From: Minutocellus sp. GHC0000111
Lineage: Eukaryota
NCBI GenBank assembly: GCA_977018835.1
Contig: OZ361257.1
Location: 1,364,001 to 1,428,000 of the forward strand
DNA length: 64,000 nt
Reading direction: 5' to 3'
Below are positions 20,906 to 34,111 of the stretch, one piece after another. Each line of letters opens with the position of its first letter. Positions within the stretch are counted from its first letter, which is position 1. Both the position numbers and the translations under genes were made by a program. The notes under the pieces were generated by a model. It was not told the DNA's origin, ran no database searches, and saw only the letters and a program-made list of their open reading frames with translations.

Positions 20906-22564
20906 CTAATGGCATCCATCACATTCCTCCTTCGTTGGTCCTGCTGCTATCCTTCTTACTATGGTCAACATACTGTTCCATTGTTCACTTTTCTCAGGTG
21001 GCAAGCCATGACTGTAACCACCAAGATTTCTGAACCCTTTCGGCCATATATCAGCCATTAGGCTGCCCAAGTCCTCGTCTGTCATCTTTGGATTTCCCCT
21101 CACGTCGTTCAGCACTCTGGTCAATGCCGTCGTTTCAGAATGTTCAACATAATGAAAGCTTACGGTCTCAGCCGAACAGCATTCATTGAGAACACCAAGC
21201 TCATTGTGATGCCCCGGGATGTATTCGTCCAAATCCACGTGCTTATTTTTGTACCACTCGTCTACGTGCCCTGTGACAGTACGTATCAACCCGAACGCAT
21301 GAAATCTGTGCCATCCATGGTCATCGGTGGTATCGATCGCCATTGCACTGAGTGATTCGCTCATGCACTTCGCAGTGAGCAGACCTGGATTCCCTTGGTG
21401 CCATTGGCTTGCTCCGTCAGTACTGCAAGATGGGTCCTTCTCATCCCACCGTTGCACGAGTCCATTCATCGTAGCTCTGGACAAGAAATAACCGGCAGCG
21501 CCAGAGTTAAAAGCAAACTTATCCACCTTGTTGCGCATCGGATGTCCAGCGTAGAGTTGCTCCGACGGATCTCTTCCCGATAGGAAGCAGCAGGCATGAT
21601 CTGGTATCACAAACGTGTGATCATTGACGAAGAAAGCAAAGTCTGGATCAACTGCGGATTCTGTAACCTTTCGAATGACATATGATAGCCGCTGAACCCC
21701 CATGTCCACAGTGATCTCGGGAGGCATTAGCAATATCTTTGGATATTCGGCGCCACCTGTCTTATCAATGTCATTGTCCACACCAAAATGATTGTTCTGT
21801 GCTTCAAGATACTCGGACACATCGTGCACAACAAATACTGCCCTTGCCCTGCAGCCCCAAGTTTCCGATATTGCTTGTAATCGTGCCGGTCTGCCATTCG
21901 GATTGACAACCGAGGGAATGACAATGGTAACGTATCGAGGATGTGCTGGTGCATCGCCATCGCCATCGTCATCTTCAATATCGCACTTTCTGGTTTGGGT
22001 GATTGATGCTGCTTCCGCCGCTTCCGATTCCGACACCTCGGCTCCTGCAGCACCCGACCCATCAACCGACGCAACTTCAGCCGGAGATGATCTTCTCAGC
22101 TGATTCCTCGAGCTGGCTGCATCCCCGTGATCACTGGACTGCTCCTGCTCAACGACGGCAGCTGCTGCGGCTGCTACATCTCGTATTTGTGCATTTGGCG
22201 GTATTTTCTCGTTATCCGAGTCCAGTAGCTTTGGCGCTGCTGCGGCTGAATCTGCCGCAACGTCATGTACCGGTACTGCTGCTGCTGCTGCTGCTGAGCC
22301 AATTTCCTTTGGTGGTGCCAACGGCATCCCCTCTTCATTCAGCTCCTCACCGTCATCTATAGAAATATTGTGATGATGGTATCGGAAGACAACCAAGAGC
22401 GATAGACCAATGAGCACGAAGCATCCGATGATACCGTACGCTATCCGTTCCTCCTTCTGCTGTTCCTTCCGTGATTTGCGCGAAGCGGTCGGGGAAGGTC
22501 GATGGAGGCCATCGGGATCGAGATTGTGCGGGTTCTTGAACGAGGGCTGCTTTCGGCGCATCAT
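20906..22564 (-). CDS. Type II membrane GT31/Fringe-like (core-1 beta-1,3-galactosyltransferase-like) glycosyltransferase
   Basis: N-terminal TM and stem, then AISETWG, FFVNDHTFVI, LYAGH, FNSGAAGYFLSR and CCSAETVSFHYV. Confidence 0.82.
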   Translation of the reverse strand: MMRRKQPSFKNPHNLDPDGLHRPSPTASRKSRKEQQKEERIAYGIIGCFVLIGLSLLVVFRYHHHNISIDDGEELNEEGMPLAPPKEIGSAAAAAAVPVHDVAADSAAAAPKLLDSDNEKIPPNAQIRDVAAAAAAVVEQEQSSDHGDAASSRNQLRRSSPAEVASVDGSGAAGAEVSESEAAEAASITQTRKCDIEDDDGDGDAPAHPRYVTIVIPSVVNPNGRPARLQAISETWGCRARAVFVVHDVSEYLEAQNNHFGVDNDIDKTGGAEYPKILLMPPEITVDMGVQRLSYVIRKVTESAVDPDFAFFVNDHTFVIPDHACCFLSGRDPSEQLYAGHPMRNKVDKFAFNSGAAGYFLSRATMNGLVQRWDEKDPSCSTDGASQWHQGNPGLLTAKCMSESLSAMAIDTTDDHGWHRFHAFGLIRTVTGHVDEWYKNKHVDLDEYIPGHHNELGVLNECCSAETVSFHYVEHSETTALTRVLNDVRGNPKMTDEDLGSLMADIWPKGFRNLGGYSHGLPPEKSEQWNSMLTIVRRIAAGPTKEECDGCH

Positions 22565-22984
22565 CTTGTTTGTCTCTTGCCTCTCTCCCTCCTTTCAAAA
22601 CCTGCTGCTACCGGCCACCCCGCGCTCTCTCGAACACGAAGGCAGAATGAGACGAGTTGAGTTGCGATCATAGCATGTAGAATTTCGGGGAAATCGAAAT
22701 CCAGGGGAAATCGAAAAAAACTTGACCTCCCACCATCGCCACTTGCTCCCACTCCACTGAGTCATCAGCGAGGGAAGCCAACAAATCGACTAAGCGTCAA
22801 CGCTATCATTCTCTTGTAATGCTAAAAGCTTGCTAGCTAGCTAGCTACGTGCGAATAAAAAGCAGTTCCGTAGCCTGTCTCTATCGCTTGCGTTGCATTT
22901 CTCATCTCTCGCTTTGTCACTCGGACCTAATCGACCGCGGGAGCAAAGACGCAATCCCAGCCACACAAAACGAGACTACGCGAG

Positions 22985-25900
22985 ATGGTCGGTGCTACTC
23001 GGAGCACTGACAAGCCAGATCATAATGAGGTGGATTCAGACATGAGATGGCCCGAGGAGCCAGGATCAGCACCGTGGCCGGTGCTGACGTACCGCCGATG
23101 GATGTTCTCGTACATGGCACGGATATTAAGCAAGGGTTCCCAGAAGGCATTGGGAGATGACGCCGGTGGCCCTCGTCTTACGCAAGACGATCTGTACCGC
23201 GTCCCGGAGGCAATGGATACAGCACATCTGGATGAGGAATTCCATGCTACCTATACAAAGCAGGACGGACGGCTCCTCCGGACGTTGTGGGAGTTGGCCG
23301 CGCCTACATTCGTTCCCGCTGGATTCTGCAAGCTCCTCACAGTTGTGGCGCAGGTGGGAATACCGCTTTTGGTACGTGAATTGCTGGTCATATTGGAAGA
23401 GAATCCATACCAAAACGTTGTACGGGAGGGGATGGTGTGGGTAGTTCTGATATTTGTGGCGTCGGCGATCAATGCTCTTGGCACCCACAGACAAAGACAT
23501 CTCGCCCTAAAAAGTGGTATTGCAATTCGCGCCGCCGTGGTCAGTGCAGTGTACCGACGGGCGCTCAATTTGACGCCAGATGGACGATCAGGGCTAACGA
23601 CGGGTGAGGTGACGAATCTCGTGGCTGTTGATGCGCAAAAGTTATTCGAGGTGATGCAAGAGGGGCATCTCATATGGAGCTGTCCGCTTTCGATGATTGT
23701 GGTATCTATACTATTAATCTTGATCATGGGTCCAACAACGCTCGTGGGTGTCGCAGTTTTGTTCGCCTTTGTGCCGTTGACGACACATATCACTGCCAAA
23801 ATGATAGCCGTTCGAAAGCAAAGAGTTGAGGTCAGTGACGAACGAATTGAGGTTATCAATGGGATGCTGCAGGGCATCAAGGTAACCAAACTCAATAACT
23901 ACGAGGCTCGATACATGGAGAGAATACGAGAAATCAGGGAACGAGAGATGGCATTTTTGAGGAAAGAGTTATATATTTGGGGGCTGACCCTCTCAATAAC
24001 AGTGATTACGCCTGTCCTTGCCAGTGCTGTGACCTACGTCACTTACGTCTTAGTGGATGAAGAAAATATCTTGACGGCGTCAACGACCTTTACAACTCTT
24101 CTTTTGTTCTCGGCACTGACTGCGATTTCCAATCAATTATGCTGGGCGACTCATTGGGAAAGCGGCGCAAGCGTTTGAGTCGGCAAGGCGGATATCTAAC
24201 TTTATGGAAAGAGAGGCAATGGCAACATCTCAAAGCGACACTTGTAGTAGTCCGAATGGAGACACTTTGTTGAGCGAGTCTTCAAGACCTATTCTCGAGG
24301 TGAAGAATGGCAAGTTTCGTGTCGGTGGGGTACGCATTAAAGGAGCAGCAAATGTTTGGGAGAATCTTGACCCCGGATCATGCCTTGGTGGCTTTGCACT
24401 TACAGATATGAATTTTACTGTCGATAGGGGCTCCATTCTGGCAATTGCAGGTCCCATCGGTGGAGGCAAAAGCACCCTCATGAACGCTTTAATTGGTGAA
24501 GTTTCTTCTTCACCAGATAGCATCGTTACGCATCAGGGTCGTGTAGCTTACGCTTCACAGATCCCCTTCATCTTGAATATAACATTGAGAGAGAACTTTT
24601 TGTTTGGTACCGAATTTGACGAAGCTAGATACAACAAGGTTCTTGATGCTTGCTGTTTGAGGCAGGACATAGAGCAATTGAGCGCTGGCGACATGACGGA
24701 GATTGGAGAACGAGGTATTACTCTCAGCGGTGGCCAAAAGCAGCGCGTTTCTATTGCTCGAGTCGTCTACTCTAGGTCCGATCTGCCCATTCTTGATGAC
24801 CCGCTGAGTGCTCTGGATGCGGGCACATCTCGAAAAATATTTGATCAGCTACTCAAGTCGCCGGATCCCGATCTTTTAGGATCGTCTGCTACTGTGCTCG
24901 TTACTCATGCTTCACATTTTCTACATCGAGTTGACCAAATCATGGTTTTGACAGATGGAAAAGCCGCATTTCTTGGGAGTTGGAACGACTTGACAAGCTT
25001 CGTAAGCACCGATCCAACAGCCGAAAGTGCCATTGATGCGATCAAGAATGCAGTCCAAGAGAAGACTGAAGATAAAGATAATGCCAGTAGCGATGAAGAG
25101 ACGGGTGTTGTTGTCGTGGCCTCTGCTTCTGAGACTTCGAAGAAGGTTGATGGTGAGCTTCCGGATAAATCAGCAGAAGATGCCGAATCAGGAAAGCTAA
25201 TAGAAGCAGAGCAAAGAGAGCATGGCCTTTCGAGCATCAAAACATGGTTCCTTTGGTTCAAACATGCCGGTGGCTTGGCGTACGTCTTCGTCCTAATTTT
25301 GGCGCTAGGAATTGATCGCACTGCATACGTAAGAGTGGTGGCTTGCAAGATGGACGTTGGCGGCAGAGGAGCCCATCGTTGTGTTTGGTCGAACCTTCCC
25401 TGGCCAGACGGATGGCATTACTGCACAGTATGAATATTTGAAGGTTTATGCCATCATTTTACTCATTTCCTTCGTCGCTGCAAGTCAACGATCGCTTTGG
25501 GCTGTGCGCGGAGGAGCAAGGTCTGCGAGATCTCTTTTTTACGTCATGACGGAAAGAGTACTTCATGCACCCCTTTCCTACTTCGAGACGACGCCGCTTG
25601 GACGTGTCTTGAATAGATTCACATACGACATTGAGATCCTCGATCACACACTGGTGGAGAACATGAGTGTTCTTTTGATCGCGACGTCCTGGTTTGTGGC
25701 TGGCGTTGCCGTGATGACAGCCATCCTGCCATGGATCTTCTTGGCTCTCATTCCAGTCACCGGTATTTACTGGCTGCTTCAATTGCATTACCGAAAGAGC
25801 GGTACCGATTTGCAACGACTCGATGCCGTGTCTAGGTCACCGCTACAAGCCATGTTGGCCGAGGGTATCGACGGGGCTCCCACAATCCGAGTCTTTGAAC

Positions 25901-27057
25901 AAGAAGACAACTTTATTCGTCGATTCCAGACTTCGGCGAGCACCAACACTTCGGCACAGCTCAACTTCATCACAGCCCAGAGATGGCTCGGAGTCCGCAT
26001 TGAGCTTCTAGGAGCGCTGATTGTTTTCGTTTCCACGTTGCTCATTATCATCTTCAACGACACATTTGCAATCGATGCAGGTCTCGTCGCCATGCTCATA
26101 ATTTGGAGCAGTAATTTCAACATCACACTCGGATTTTTGGTAGATCATGTCAGTGAGGCCGAGGCGGCCATCACATCTGTGGAACGAATTCGGGGCATGT
26201 CAGAGCTTCCTCAAGAAAAGAATATGACAACCGACGAGAAGCACCAACCGCCTTCAGATTGGCCGGCAAGAGGAAAGCTCGAATTTCAGAGTGTCGCTCT
26301 GAGATACAGACCAGGACTTCCTCTTGCTCTGAATGGACTGTCCTTTGTTGTAGAACCAGGACAACGTTGTGGCGTTGTCGGTCGCACTGGTGCAGGAAAG
26401 AGCTCCTTAACGGTAGCGCTGTTCCGCTTAGTTGAGATAGAGAGTGGGACCATTTCATTAGACGGCGTCGACCTATCAATGTTGGGACTTTCCGATGTAA
26501 GGGGTCGATCCAATGGCTTATCGATCATACCTCAAGATCCGGTCCTCATGAAAGGGACTATGCGAAGCGTCCTTGATCCCTTTGGTAGCTGCACCGACGA
26601 GGAAATTTACGAAGCATTGATGTGTGTACGCCTTGCTTTCGGGAAGGGTGTGGAAATATTAGACTCACCGGTCGACGAGGGTGGGGCGAACTTCTCCGTT
26701 GGTGAACGACAGCTTCTATGCATGGCCCGCGCCATGCTTTCCAAACCCAAACTCTTATGCTTAGATGAAGCTACCGCGTCGGTTGATCGACAAACAGACG
26801 CCTTCATCCAGAAAATGTTGCGATCTCGTTTTGAAGGGACAACGTTACTGACAATCGCTCACCGCCTCGACACAATTATGGATTATGATGTTGTTTTGGT
26901 GATGGATTCAGGAAAGGCTGCTGAATTTGGACCTCCTCATGAACTCTTGGAGAATGAAGAAGGTGTCTTCTCGGAGCTTGTGCGCAATACTGGAAAGGAA
27001 AGTGCCAACGCACTGAGATCGATAGCCAGCAACGCTAGTTTGTCTCAAATGAAGTAA
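22985..27057 (+). pseudogene. ABCC/MRP-type full ABC transporter with two frameshifts
   Basis: TMD1, NBD1 (GPIGGGKS, LSGGQKQR), TMD2 and NBD2 (GRTGAGKS, FSVGERQL, LDEATA). A 4-bp ACTG duplication at about 24115-24122 and an indel at about 25330 break the frame. Confidence 0.9.
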
Positions 27058-27225
27058 ATATAGAGTGAAAATAGCGACATGCAGACACCCTCCTTTTGAA
27101 TACACCAGCTAGAAAATAACGTTTTCACTCTTTGCAAACTCTTTTTTAGAAAATACTTACGTAGTAGATAATCTCGTGTCTCTGAAGGGAAGTGCATAGT
27201 AGAGCTAATTCAAATTATCATCTTT

Positions 27226-29174
27226 CTAAGAAACTACGCAGTTGGATTTGTCTTCAGCACTTGGCCTACTAGTACTAGCCGATGCACCACCGGCTGGCCT
27301 TTGCTGTTGTGTCCGACGCTGTCTCGCGGCCGAGTCCTCTTCGGCTTGTAGCCTCCTTGCCAAGGCCTCGCTTTCGTGGTCGGAATTCATTTGTGCTTGT
27401 AGTCCCCGAGCGATTTGCTCATCTGAGGGCACAAATGATGCTTGGTCTGACGCCGATGATTGTTCTCCTTGTCCTGGCGCAGGAATACTCTTATGTGCAG
27501 TGCCCTCTCCCACACCTGATTGAGACTTGCTACCTGGTATCTCTACCACGGTGCCTGCCGGTGGTGCAGATGGCACGCCAACAGCAACAACCCCCTCAGC
27601 GTAGCCTCCACCTCGCTCCTTGGCCTTGGCTTTATGCCAATCTTGAATACTCGCCTCGGTCGCCGCTGCCATCAGCCGACCTTCTTGCTCTTCCCGGGCG
27701 CCCTTTGTTTTTTTCAGCTGAGGAATTTCCTCCCACTCCATCCCCGCCCGTATGTTTACTTAGCTGTAGCGCAAGCTGATGATCGGCGTCAACTTGGCCG
27801 CTCTGTCCGGCAACATCCTCCGAACTGAGCGTCGGTCCAGCGTTCGCTCCCATGCTCGTCCTTGGTTCAGGAACGGCAAAGTATTCATCGAATAGAGTAG
27901 TCGCACCATCAATAGCATCGAGCTTTTCCCAAACAACCTCCGGGACGTTGGCATAGCCAAGGTCAGTGACCAATAAGAACAAAGCATCGTCCTCCTTGGT
28001 GAGGGTTGCAAAGTGATTGTTTCGGAAGAAGACGCACAGGGAGTGGTTGGACAGATGATTATGCAACTCTGCCAATCCATGATATGTAAGCTGGTGCGAC
28101 GTCGATGTAAGGAACGAGTTGACAACATGACCCTCGTGCGCGGTGCTGGATTTTTCTCGATGCCTCACTCTCAGTTCTTCTATCGACATTTGCTGTGGAG
28201 TATTATTATTAGCTGAAGCAGCCGCCGATGGCTTATCACCTTCTTCATTGGTTTCGAGATTTGCGTTGGTCTCATCCGCTGTTTTTGTTTCATGGTCGGC
28301 CGTGCTGGTGCTACCGCGCACAAGAGGTATGGCGATTTCGACACCAGCTTCCTTGGCGGCAATCGTTTTGCCCAACTTTTCTACCTCCTCCCCAGCCTCA
28401 TTGCCTTGTATTACCAGTTCAACCAATTCATTGTAAGTTTTGTCTCCAATCACGCTAACGCTTTCGACATCTTGCGGATCCAGCAGCCACCCGTGGACCA
28501 ATTCTATTCCCAACAAATCAAAGCATGTCAAGTTGGAGGTGAATTCCACTCCCGTTGGTCCTGCCGTGAACTTTGGATTGACATCCAAACCATACTGCAA
28601 TGACGGGAAGAGAGATAGGACCTCGTGCAGGTGATGTTGCGCATGGATTGCTGCCGCTGCTCGGGGAGATAGCTCGGGTTCCTTCGGTGGTGCCGCTGGC
28701 GGCGCTGATTCTGGTGATGGCGGTGCGTCTGCAGAAGCAGAGGATACATCAGCTTCAATGCCTTCATTGTTACTAGCGCCGTCGCCAGAATCCTTTCGGC
28801 TGGAGACTGTGGCCGCTGCTGGTTCGCCCTCGTCGTCTCCTTTCCGTGAGGCAGCATTCTCGTCACCATTTGCATCATTACCAGTAAAAGTACCTGCACT
28901 CGCGCTCGTAGCTGCTAATGCACAATGTTCTCCTGTCCTGGCCACCGCTCTTTCTGCCAATAGATTGATCACATCTGATTTCACCCGCACTAATGCAGCG
29001 ACCAGGCAAGGTGATGGTCCCACGGAGTAGGAGGGCATTCGCCGCCGCCAGTAACGGACATGGTCCATTCTTGTTCTGGAGGAGAATATGCCGCGGTGAT
29101 CCAAGGAATGAAATGCTCTTGATTCGGTGCGCCTCCTTGATTTCGGCCAGAGAGCTGGCGGTCGTTGATGCCAT
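27226..29174 (-). pseudogene. MINDY-1/2 (FAM63)-like deubiquitinase with C-terminal MIU-like helices; two frameshifts
   Basis: ILLQNKNGPCPLLAAANALLL (catalytic Cys), GLDVNPKF, LVHGWLLDPQ, FFRNNHFAT and DEQIARGLQ/SEALARRLQAEE; frame changes at about 28975 and 27745. Confidence 0.85.
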
Positions 29175-29485
29175 TGTTCGGTGTTCGGTGTACTACGTAG
29201 TATTATGAGAGAAGAAATAAGTCGGCCAAACGTCAGCGTATCTTTTTGCTTCGCTCGTTCTCACAACCCAAAAAACAGCGTGAGATCGAAGTGCTGAAAA
29301 ATCAGCGGGTAAAAGGACAGAACCGGAGCAATAGCAGTCCCTAGCGCAGGGAAATATCGAACGAATGGATGAAAGGGTCGTTCGTCAGCCAGTCTTGGTT
29401 GAGGCCACTTCAACTCGCCACAGGCCGGCGAGCAACTGGACGCGGCGGAAGTGGAAATACACAACTCTCCGAACCGCTGCTGGCA

Positions 29486-31061
29486 ATGGAGCCTCTCGTT
29501 CCCATTCACGCGATTGACGTTGAGGAAGAGGAGGTGTTGGCTCGCGAACGACATTACAGCATCCTCGATCGTCGTTCGTCTTCGTCAGATCGTTCGGCGA
29601 ATGTGATGAGGATGGCAATCAATCGTTCTTCAAAGCATTCTTTCGGTCCCAGGGACCACCGCAAGTCATTTTTCTTTGCTGGCTCTGTCTCTGGGGTCGA
29701 CGGTGGGTGTCGTTCCGGCAGTGGTCACCGACCGATATGCTCGAATCAATCATGGCTACACGGATGAAGCCGATTGTTCGTCGTTCAGCCGAAATGAAAA
29801 GCCAGAGGAGTGTTTGTTGGGGTCTGCCGACGCGCAAAATATGTCGGCGGCGGCTTCGTTCGTTTCCAACGGCCTCACCTTTGTGACGAGCTCTCTAGTG
29901 GGGAGTATCAGTGATCAACGAGGTCGAAGGAACATCATGTTGTTGGGGATACTCCTATCTATCCTGGCACCCATGTGTCTAGTTCTGTTGCAATTGATTG
30001 ACACCATGAGTCCGAACTATTACTATATTGCGAACGCAAGTACAGGCATCGTGAATTGGATCGCAATTGCCTTGTCGGCTCTGTCTGATGTTATGCCAAA
30101 GAAGTGGAGAGCTCCGAGCTTCGGTTTGCTGCTCGCGGGGTTTAGTCTAGGCTTTGCATTCTCGCCTCTCCTCGCTCTGGTTTTCAGTCATCTTGGAGTG
30201 TCAATATTTTCGCTGAGCTTACTCGTCACTGGTTTTCTCTTTGCCGCATGTATGCTGCCGGAAACGCTACCACCTGAGATTGCGCAGGAGGCAATACGGG
30301 CAAGGTCGGTAGATCCAGAGGACGAGACTGCCCTTGGGTGTGTGTTGCGGCATGTGCTACGTCCATTGCAAGAACTCTCAATCTTGAATAGGAATCGACT
30401 CTTCCGCTTGTTGTCGGCGCTTGCCTTCTTCTCGGGCATGAGCTCATCGGCAGATCAAAGCCTGCTCATATATTATCTGGAAGAGAGGCTTGGATTCGAC
30501 GATGGCGATGTGGCCGTGCTGTTCATGATATTTGGTTTGATGGGGATTTTTGTTCAGGGCGTCGTGTTGAAGCCTCTAAACGATTTCATTGGTGAAAAGC
30601 ACGTTGTTGTAACAGCTTTCATATTCGGGGCGCTGCAAAATTGCTTTTATGGGCTGGCAACAACCAAAAGCATCATTTATATCGGGGTAGCCATTGGCAC
30701 ACTTACAGGCATGAGCTTCCCAACCATCAGCGCAATCAAATCAAACAATGTAGCGGAGCATGAGCAAGGTAGGATACAAGGTGCGTTGTATTCGTTATCG
30801 TCGCTCGCTTCAGCCCTGGGACCAGCAAGTTTACGATTTGTTTATCACTTGACAAAAGACAATGATTATCCCGGCCCAGGAACCATGTTCCTGTTTGCGG
30901 CCCTGCTCTACCTTTCGGCGAGTTTTTGTGCATGTGCTCTGCCAAAGGATAAGGCAGACTCGAGGAGTTTTGTTGACGACTCAACAAAGGAAAGTGATCC
31001 AATATTGCAAAACCTTGTCAACAGTGATAGAAGCCAGTACGGGTCAGCTTCGTCATCATGA
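29486..31061 (+). CDS. MFS transporter (HIAT1/TetA-like), frame-disrupted near the 5' end
   Basis: GSISDQRGRR motif A, LPETL, EQGRIQGAL and about 12 TMs. The N-terminus (MEPLVP..., GPPQVIFL) lies in other frames around 29645-29680. Confidence 0.8.
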
Positions 31062-31193
31062 GCACGGGGGCAATCATCAATAGTTGTACATACTGAAAAT
31101 TATTGTATCGCTAGAAACAAAATAATAGACTATCTTGTATCTAAACTAAACTTCATATATGACCAAATGTTGTACGCAGTAAGTAGTATGGCT

Positions 31194-33649
31194 TTATTCG
31201 TTGAGCCGATAAGGTCTGGGCTCAAGCTCCCACGTCTGCTCGTGCAAGTCTGGTTGCCGATACAAGTAATGATCAAGCTTCTCGATATCTTCCTCATCGC
31301 CACCCAATCCCGGGAGGCCTATGCCCATTCCAACGCTGGCATTGTACTTTCGCGCAGCTGTGGCTTGCTTCGTCAACAATTTCCTCCGATCCTCTCCTGC
31401 AAATGAAGCCGGTATGTCCAATCTCGGTGACGTTGGCTCGTTCAAGTGTTTCGTGGACAGTGGAACAATTATTTGCTCTTCGTTCTCAAGCAAATTTTCG
31501 TACTCTTCATCAATGATTCGAGCACGCGTCAGAGGGAGCTTCTTGGATGTTTTTGAGAATCGCCGTTTTATCTCAGAATCGACAACATAGGCGATTGCAA
31601 ACATTCCAAATAGAAAGATACCAGCAAGAACAAACATCTCCTTTAGGAGCATGACTGTCGCAAAATTATGATGGATGCATAGATGATCACAAAAACTACT
31701 CGATTGATGCTGTAGAATACTTTCCCTCCGCCTTCGTAATTTTGACTGAACACATACAAACACTGGTGAGTGTAAATCTTTGACGCCACGAAAAAATATA
31801 GGCTGCAAGCTCCCATTACTATTGGAACAATCGAAGAGTACGTAGGTACACCATGGAGATCATGAGAATATAAATGTGCTCAGCACAAAAGCGACCAAAA
31901 ATATAATCGGCGGGAACTCGTTGTCGCTCGAGCTTTCGTTCGGACATTGCTTCCTCAGTCACAACCCCTTTGACGATCAACCAATAAAGGACGGCCCACA
32001 ACTGGCTAAGATTAAAAGAAGTGCCCGTGCCCACGGTCGAGACGACAAGGTTGAAGAAGAATTGCGATTGTGTGAGGATGCCTTCGACAATGCTCTCTAC
32101 TACCATCTCTGGATTTTCTCTTACGAGAAGTAGTGTGTTGTAAAGAGTTCCAGAAATGAGAATAACCATGAAATTTGCAATCCGATACAAGAGATTCCAC
32201 TTGAGGACAAATTTATCTGCCTCCGAGCGCGTTCTAAAACGGATCACTGGCATTGCTGAACGTAGAAGAAAGTGAGAAAAGGACGGTGACAGAGAAATAA
32301 AGTAAGAAAAAGGCTCCGGCTATTGAGTGAGAATATATATGCTTACAGGTCCCTGTGCTGCATGTGCACCGACATTCCGAAACAAGATGAGTGGTCTAAA
32401 GGCAACTCACCCAACACTGTGAAGATAGAAGGAATGATTGCCATAAGAATCATCAAGAGCAATACCGGTAGATAACCAGCTATGAAACCAGTAAGAAATT
32501 TGACCTGCATGTTGTTCTGCTCCGCCCATTCGTTGACGGCCGATTCAACCGATCCTATCAATCCCACCAACGCTGACCAAAACAGGATACCAATGAAGAG
32601 AATTAATTGGACGGCATAATGAGATCTGCTGATTTGGCTTCTCTTGTTTGTCATATTTCGCCAAATCAAATCCCTCGGATCGGGAGCTTGCTTCGTGGAA
32701 AAATATGAAGCACAGCCACTCAACTCGACAGACATTGCACACTGCTTTGTCGCTCGATTGTGGAACTCGACAAAGCCATTACTACAATCAACGATATCAC
32801 CGGCCTCATCGTCTGAGTCGTCATCGTTTTCAGCAAAAATATACTCTAAGTGACGGATGACACTCCCTTGGCTCATGCTCTTGCTCTGGCTACTGGTAAT
32901 ATCGGACTTGGCGACTTCTAGCGCACTTGGCGTACGTTCATTTTCCTTCTTCCTTTTTACGAGGGCATCGTACTCTTCTTCAACCAGAGCATTCATTCTT
33001 CGGATTTCTGACATGTAGTGTGCCAAGGCAGCATCGGCCGTCATTTTCTGTCCACCGGACCCACACATGCCTCCACCAACTTTGAAATTGAGCTTAGCTG
33101 GCTCAACCGGTTTCCTATGCTTTGACCCGAATCGGTTGGTAGCACCCTCATTGTACAACTGCATCATGCGTTCGTACTCCCTCTCTTGATGAATCTGTTT
33201 GGCGTATATACTCTCGTACTGTTCAATGTAGTTCTGCCTTTCTTGAATAAGGATTGACAGGTTGGATGAATTTACAATTATTTCAGCCCGTCTTACTTGC
33301 CCTGGAAATAGAGTGTTGTAGAAGATGAATATGTCCTTGTCTCGAGCTCTGCCTTGCTGGTCGGCGGGAAGGAATTGGAGGGTTGTGGCGATGGCGACTG
33401 TGGTGCTGGCAATTCAGTTGGCGCTAGTAGTGGCTCGCCCAGAGAAGCCGTCGGTTGGGCGTCAGATGGTGATGGGAGGGAATATGGCGCCAGTGTGAGG
33501 TTGGCTCGGGTGGGAGCTGTCGCTGGTGCCGCATCACCTTGCTGCGCAGATGCGAAGCATGCCAACTGCAGCAGCAATAGCGCCATCAAGAGCAACAGGG
33601 CAGGCGTACCAGTTAGCCAGGCCCGCCGGCGCAGGCGTTGAAGCAACAT
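31194..33649 (-). pseudogene. OSCA/CSC1/TMEM63-family channel, internally deleted and frameshifted
   Basis: LFPGQVRRAEI, GFVEF, QAPDPRDLIWRN, GYLPVLLLMIL, QSQFFFN, YEGGG and YLYRQPDL spread over several frames; intron at about 32260-32410. Confidence 0.8.
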
Positions 33650-34111
33650 CTTGCCGCTTGAATGAAACCGCCGCAGTTTGCCTCATTCCTATCTCCGGTT
33701 TGCCTCATTCCTATGTCATCTCCGGCGCTCCTAATGATATGGAGAACCCGGAGATGTACATGTACCATCATGGCGTCTTTCTTTTTGTTTATCAAAAAAA
33801 AAGCCACAAGCCTGCCTGCCAAGTCTTGAGCGCAAAACGACTGGCTTGTGCTGCTTGTGCTCTGCTGTGCCGTCATCTTACTGCCGCGACTTGCAGCCGG
33901 CCGATCTTGTTCCAATGGATGGTGTCACCCTGCCGGCTTCTTTTGGCGAACACGGACCCTCGACAAGATCTTCCAGTCAGCGCTGCCACAATCGCCTCCG
34001 CATTCCTCGTCACAACTCGTACGATCACAAAAAGCTCTCACATCACATCACTCTTCACTCCTACAATTATACCACTTGCATCAAGAGCCGATCACCCATC
34101 AGCCCAGCCAG

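Noticed and set aside
33676..33714. 17-bp direct repeat GTTTGCCTCATTCCTAT in the divergent promoter
   Set aside because: Two copies only; consistent with a local slippage duplication, with no evidence of function.
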